DNA from: Coleofasciculus sp. B1-GNL1-01
Lineage (GTDB): Bacteria; Cyanobacteriota; Cyanobacteriia; Cyanobacteriales; Coleofasciculaceae
Reading direction: 5' to 3' (one strand)
NCBI GenBank assembly: GCA_040220235.1
Contig: JAVJTO010000004.1
DNA: 64,000 nucleotides
The position numbers were made by a program, and so were the translations under genes. The stretch's first letter is position 1, and each line of letters opens with the position of its first letter. Below the pieces are notes generated by a model. That model was not told the origin of the DNA, ran no database searches, and saw nothing but the letters and a program-made list of their open reading frames with translations. This document shows, piece by piece, positions 59,425-64,000 of the stretch.

Positions 59425-59549
59425 AGTTGAAAGGATGGCAAATTCTCACCCATAATGTAGGGATAGATAAAGCTGCTTATGTAAAAAGGAGTAATCGGGA
59501 ACCATCCCGACTCCCCCAAACGTACAACCATTAACCCATAGGTCGAACT

Positions 59550-62500
59550 GTGACAGAAGCTAAATCCTACAAAGACACCGTAAATCTGCCCCAAACTGAA
59601 TTTAGTATGCGGGCAAACGCGGTCAAACGGGAACCGGAACTCCAACAATTTTGGCAAGACCAACAAATTTATCAGCGACTGTCACAGACGAATCCCGGTG
59701 ATAGTTTCATCCTGCATGATGGTCCCCCCTACGCGAATGGGGCGCTGCATATGGGACACGCCCTAAATAAAATTCTTAAAGATATCATCAATAAATACAA
59801 GCTGCTGCAAGGGTATAAAGTTCGCTACATTCCTGGCTGGGATTGCCATGGCTTACCCATTGAACTGAAAGTCCTGCAAGCCATGGACGCCGAAGAACGC
59901 CAAGCCCTAACCCCGATAAAGCTGCGGCGCAAAGCCCGAAAATTTGCCCTGAAAACGGTTGATCAGCAGCGCCAAGGGTTTCAACGGTATGGTGTATGGG
60001 GAGACTGGGATCATCCTTACCTAACCTTAACCCCCGAATACGAAGCCGCCCAAATTGGCGTATTCGGTCAGATGGTACTAAAAGGCTATATCTATCGGGG
60101 AATGAAGCCCGTTCATTGGAGTCCCAGTTCCCAAACCGCTTTGGCAGAAGCCGAGTTAGAATATCCGGAAGGACATACGTCTCGCAGTCTTTATGCCGCG
60201 TTTCCCCTGACCAAAGCCACGGATTCTGTGGAAGCGAAGCTAAAACCCTATTTAGTAGATTTGGGCGTAGCAATTTGGACAACTACCCCTTGGACAATTC
60301 CCGGTAACTTAGCCGTAGCGGTGAATCCCGAACTCACCTACGCAGTTGTAGAAGTGTCGGAGAAATCAGCCAGTCAGGAGGCGGAGAAATCCTCGAAACC
60401 CAGTAAGACAAAGGCAAAAGGATTTGCGCCAACGCCAGACGAGGACTCCCCAGAATCAGACTCCACCGACTCAGACACGGAAGCCGAAGGGTTTAAATAC
60501 TTAATCGTGGCGGCGGAATTAGTGGAACGCCTTTCTCAAACCTTGGATAAAGACCTAACCGTCAAAACTACCCTGAAAGGAGAAGAATTAGACCAGTGTA
60601 CCTATCGCCATCCCCTGTTTGACCGGGAAAGTCCAATTGTAATTGGTGGCGATTACATTACCACAGAATCGGGAACCGGATTAGTTCATACTGCACCCGG
60701 TCATGGTCAAGAAGATTATATCGTCGGTCAGCGCTACAATTTACCGATTATCTCTCCCGTAGATGGAAATGGAGATTTTACCACCGAAGCTGGACCCTTT
60801 GCGGGGTTAAATGTGCTGCGGAATGCCAATCCAGCGGTGATTGACGCCCTGAAAGAGGCGGGTTCGTTCCTGAAAGAAGAAAACTACGTCCATAAATATC
60901 CCTACGATTGGCGAACGAAAGAACCAACTATCTTCCGGGCGACGGAACAGTGGTTTGCGTCGGTGGATGGCTTCCGGGAAGAAGTGATGAAGGCGATTAA
61001 GTCAGTTAATTGGATTCCTTCCCAAGGAGAAAACCGGATTACCGCCATGGTGTCGGAACGTTCGGATTGGTGTATCTCCCGCCAACGGAGTTGGGGGGTG
61101 CCGATTCCGGTGTTTTATGATGAGGAGACGAATGAACCTCTGTTGACAGAAGAAACCATCGCCCACGTCCAAAAGATTATTGCCGAAAAAGGGTCAGATG
61201 CGTGGTGGGAATTGCCCGTAACTGAATTATTACCCGAATCCTACCGCAATAATGGTCGCACGTATCGCAAAGGCACCGATACGATGGATGTCTGGTTTGA
61301 CTCCGGTTCCTCTTGGGCGGGAGTTGTGCAAGAACGTGAGGAATTATCCTACCCTGTCGATATGTACCTGGAAGGGTCAGACCAACATCGGGGGTGGTTC
61401 CAATCCAGTATCCTCACCAGTGTGGCGACAAATGGTTGTGCGCCCTATAAATCAGTATTAACCCACGGCTTTGTTCTGGATGAACAAGGACGTAAAATGA
61501 GTAAATCTGTGGGGAATGTGGTAGACCCCGCGACAATTATTGAAGGCGGGAAGAATCATAAACAGGAACCGCCGTATGGTGCAGATATGCTGCGGCTGTG
61601 GGTGTCGTCGGTGGACTATTCGGTGGATGTTCCCATTGGTCAAGGAATACTGAAACAGCTTTCCGATATTTATCGCAAGATTCGCAATACAGCGCGATTT
61701 TTATTGGGAAATCTGCATGATTTTGACCCCGCCAAAAATGCCGTGGCGTATGAACAGTTACCGGAATTAGACCGCTATATGCTGCACCGGATAACGGAGG
61801 TGTTTGGTGAGGTAACGGAGGCGTTTGACAGTTATCAGTTTTTCCGTTTCTTCCAAACGGTGCAGAATTTCTGTGTGGTGGATTTGTCCAACTTTTATTT
61901 GGATGTGGCGAAAGATCGTCTGTATATCAGTCATCCCGATTCAGTACGACGCCGCAGTTGTCAGACGGTATTAGCGATCGCACTGGAAAATTTAGCCCGA
62001 TCCATTGCGCCTGTATTATGCCATACCGCAGAAGATATTTGGCAATATCTGCCTTATCCCACACCCTATAAGTCGGTGTTTGAGTCGGGATGGGTGCAGT
62101 TAGACGAAACCTGGAAAAAGCCGGAATTGGTGGAGAAATGGACAAGGTTACGGGCGATTCGCACCGAGGTGAATAAGGTGTTAGAACAAGCCAGGGCAGA
62201 GAAAATGATAGGTTCTTCTCTAGAAGCGAAAGTCTTGCTTCATGTCCCCGATACGCAATTACGCCAACAGTTGCGGAAATTAAACCCCAGTGGGATTCCC
62301 CGCCTGTGGTTGCAAACCCCGAAACCGGAACTGATGGTGAGGGAACCGGAACCGGAAGCAGTATTAGCTTCAGAAACGTTGTCCTCAGACACAGGGGAAC
62401 AAGAGTGGAATGTTAATCAAATTCTGTCTACTGTCTTGACGACACTACGCCAGGTGTTCAGCGAAAATCAGCGCGTATGGTTAACAGTGGGAGTGATTGT

Positions 62501-63041
62501 CGCCGTACCGATTACCTTAAAAGTAACCGCAACCGTATTAGCTTCGATCGCACATCTCCCCTTATTGGCTGATATGCTGCAATTAGTGGGGGTTGGCTAC
62601 AGTGCATGGTTTGTCAATCGCTATTTACTCCGCGCCCCCAATCGCCAAGAATTAGCAGAAAAAGCGCGATCGCTAAAAACTGAGGTATTGGGTGAAAGTT
62701 CTCCCCAACCGGAACCCGCGACGACTGAACCTGAAGCCGCACCCCCACCGCCAGTACAACCCCAACCCAGAATTCTAGGGGAACGGTTTACGGTTCTTAG
62801 TAACGGGGTGGATGAGTTGCGCTATCTATTTTTAGCCTCCCAAGTTGAGGTATTAGACTCCCCGGATGCGATTGAAAATGCGGACTATCGCAGTCAGTCG
62901 GAACAGGTTTGGGTGGGGATTGTCAAAGCTGAAGGGGAAAAGTGCGATCGTTGCTGGAATTATTCCCCGTTTGTGGGTAAAATCATCGATCATTCCACGA
63001 TTTGCGAACGGTGTCGGGCGGCGTTGGCGGGTCAATGGTAA
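59550..63041 (+). CDS. ileS: Isoleucine--tRNA ligase with an inserted CAAD membrane-anchoring domain
   Basis: HDGPPYANG.LHMGH, GWDCHGLPIE, WTTTPWT, EGSDQHRGWF, KMSKS, C-terminal CDRC...CERC. Confidence 0.96.
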   Translation: MTEAKSYKDTVNLPQTEFSMRANAVKREPELQQFWQDQQIYQRLSQTNPGDSFILHDGPPYANGALHMGHALNKILKDIINKYKLLQGYKVRYIPGWDCHGLPIELKVLQAMDAEERQALTPIKLRRKARKFALKTVDQQRQGFQRYGVWGDWDHPYLTLTPEYEAAQIGVFGQMVLKGYIYRGMKPVHWSPSSQTALAEAELEYPEGHTSRSLYAAFPLTKATDSVEAKLKPYLVDLGVAIWTTTPWTIPGNLAVAVNPELTYAVVEVSEKSASQEAEKSSKPSKTKAKGFAPTPDEDSPESDSTDSDTEAEGFKYLIVAAELVERLSQTLDKDLTVKTTLKGEELDQCTYRHPLFDRESPIVIGGDYITTESGTGLVHTAPGHGQEDYIVGQRYNLPIISPVDGNGDFTTEAGPFAGLNVLRNANPAVIDALKEAGSFLKEENYVHKYPYDWRTKEPTIFRATEQWFASVDGFREEVMKAIKSVNWIPSQGENRITAMVSERSDWCISRQRSWGVPIPVFYDEETNEPLLTEETIAHVQKIIAEKGSDAWWELPVTELLPESYRNNGRTYRKGTDTMDVWFDSGSSWAGVVQEREELSYPVDMYLEGSDQHRGWFQSSILTSVATNGCAPYKSVLTHGFVLDEQGRKMSKSVGNVVDPATIIEGGKNHKQEPPYGADMLRLWVSSVDYSVDVPIGQGILKQLSDIYRKIRNTARFLLGNLHDFDPAKNAVAYEQLPELDRYMLHRITEVFGEVTEAFDSYQFFRFFQTVQNFCVVDLSNFYLDVAKDRLYISHPDSVRRRSCQTVLAIALENLARSIAPVLCHTAEDIWQYLPYPTPYKSVFESGWVQLDETWKKPELVEKWTRLRAIRTEVNKVLEQARAEKMIGSSLEAKVLLHVPDTQLRQQLRKLNPSGIPRLWLQTPKPELMVREPEPEAVLASETLSSDTGEQEWNVNQILSTVLTTLRQVFSENQRVWLTVGVIVAVPITLKVTATVLASIAHLPLLADMLQLVGVGYSAWFVNRYLLRAPNRQELAEKARSLKTEVLGESSPQPEPATTEPEAAPPPPVQPQPRILGERFTVLSNGVDELRYLFLASQVEVLDSPDAIENADYRSQSEQVWVGIVKAEGEKCDRCWNYSPFVGKIIDHSTICERCRAALAGQW

Positions 63042-63539
63042 ATTGTCATTCGTCATTTGTCATTTGTCCTTTGTCATTCGTTCAATCAAGGAATTCTCGC
63101 CTTAAAAACCGGCTCTCCCGTACTTGGAGTGATAAGCAGAGCTTATTATCGCTGGAAAAATCACGCTGGCTTTATTGTCAAGAGCTTTTTTTTAAAGATT
63201 GTGTGAAGATTAACTGCTAGGTCAGTAGGATGCTTTATCATAACTTTATCTTATAATTAAAATGTGTTTGCGTTGTTTCAGAAATTCTATTTGTTTAAGA
63301 AAAGTAAATTTTAGTTTTAAGTTTTTTTTGACTAATTTTGCGAATTTCCTTGAAGTAAAGCAACTCCAGCACTCTGGCTGTATAAAACAGATTAGGGTGT
63401 TGGTTAATAATTGTCTGTAAATATATATTTTTTTTATACATAAAGTAATTAAAGAGTTGATGAAGATGGCTTTTATGGAATCGACCTCATCTAAAGAGAA
63501 AAGTATTATTAAGATAGCAAATTTAAAATGAGTTAAAAA

Positions 63540-64000
63540 ATGATTAGCATCTATCGCAAAACAGTAGTTACCTTAGCTGGAATGCTTTTTGTCAGTTTTG
63601 GGATCACTAAAACAGCAAGTGCTTTTTCCCTTACACCTCAATATTCTTCGCTGGATTTTAGGGTAAAATCTAGTGCTGGACTTGGTGCTGGTGAAGTGTT
63701 TGTCGAGGACGTAGATTTAGATAATCAGTTTGGCACAATTAATTTATTAAATGGGTCAGTCAGTGCCTTAGCTACTTCTAACGGTCATAGCATACTAACT
63801 ACAGCCGAGGGAACATCTGAGTGGACTAATAGCTCTGAAGGTTTGGTAAATCTTTTTAATATAGGCTGGAATATTGATGGGCGTGTTCCTGGCACAACTT
63901 CGGCAAGCGCAAACTGGCTTTACAGTTTTACTGCTCATGAGGATGGAATATTTGTTCTTGACTTTGAAATTACGGGTTTCGGTACATCTTTAATAGGAAC
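63540..64000 (+). CDS. Secreted protein, 5' part only (possibly PEP-CTERM type); absent from the ORF track
   Basis: ATG 63540 is open to the window end: MISIYRKTVVTLAGMLFVSFGITKTASA|FSLTP..., a signal peptide followed by S/T/G-rich sequence. Confidence 0.7.
   Translation, partial: MISIYRKTVVTLAGMLFVSFGITKTASAFSLTPQYSSLDFRVKSSAGLGAGEVFVEDVDLDNQFGTINLLNGSVSALATSNGHSILTTAEGTSEWTNSSEGLVNLFNIGWNIDGRVPGTTSASANWLYSFTAHEDGIFVLDFEITGFGTSLIG

Overview
Cyanobacterial chromosomal DNA, judged from frequent HIP1 octamers (GCGATCGC), 7- and 9-nt tandem repeats, GlpX-type FBP/SBPase, Ycf66 and a CAAD-containing IleRS. The density of repeats, MITEs, TPR/WD40 genes and two-component genes resembles a large-genome filamentous species (inference). 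The first 37 kb is mostly housekeeping and signalling: an Mrp Na+/H+ antiporter cluster with a tandemly duplicated promoter-mrpC-mrpD unit, arfB, an ABC transporter, tlyA, speD, an AI-2E transporter preceded by an orphan HEARO/omega-RNA-like sequence, a HAL2-type nucleotidase, a His-kinase/response-regulator/adenylate-cyclase cluster, a Ser/Thr kinase, phoD, hemA, glpX, a diguanylate cyclase, an LD-carboxypeptidase and ilvB. The 37.3-57.5 kb region looks like a defence/conflict island around an intact comM/yifB. It holds an ABC-ATPase + TOPRIM-like pair, two TPR proteins, an AT-rich three-gene operon (TIGR04255-like + HTH + divergent MazF/PemK-like; the best candidate for an undescribed system), a C5-methyltransferase + putative endonuclease whose start codon lies inside a heptamer repeat, an Rpn-like gene, and a P-loop ATPase + NLR-like STAND/WD40 protein with hypervariable repeats. 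The window ends with ycf66, ileS and a partial secreted protein. All family calls come from motif recognition by eye; no searches were run.
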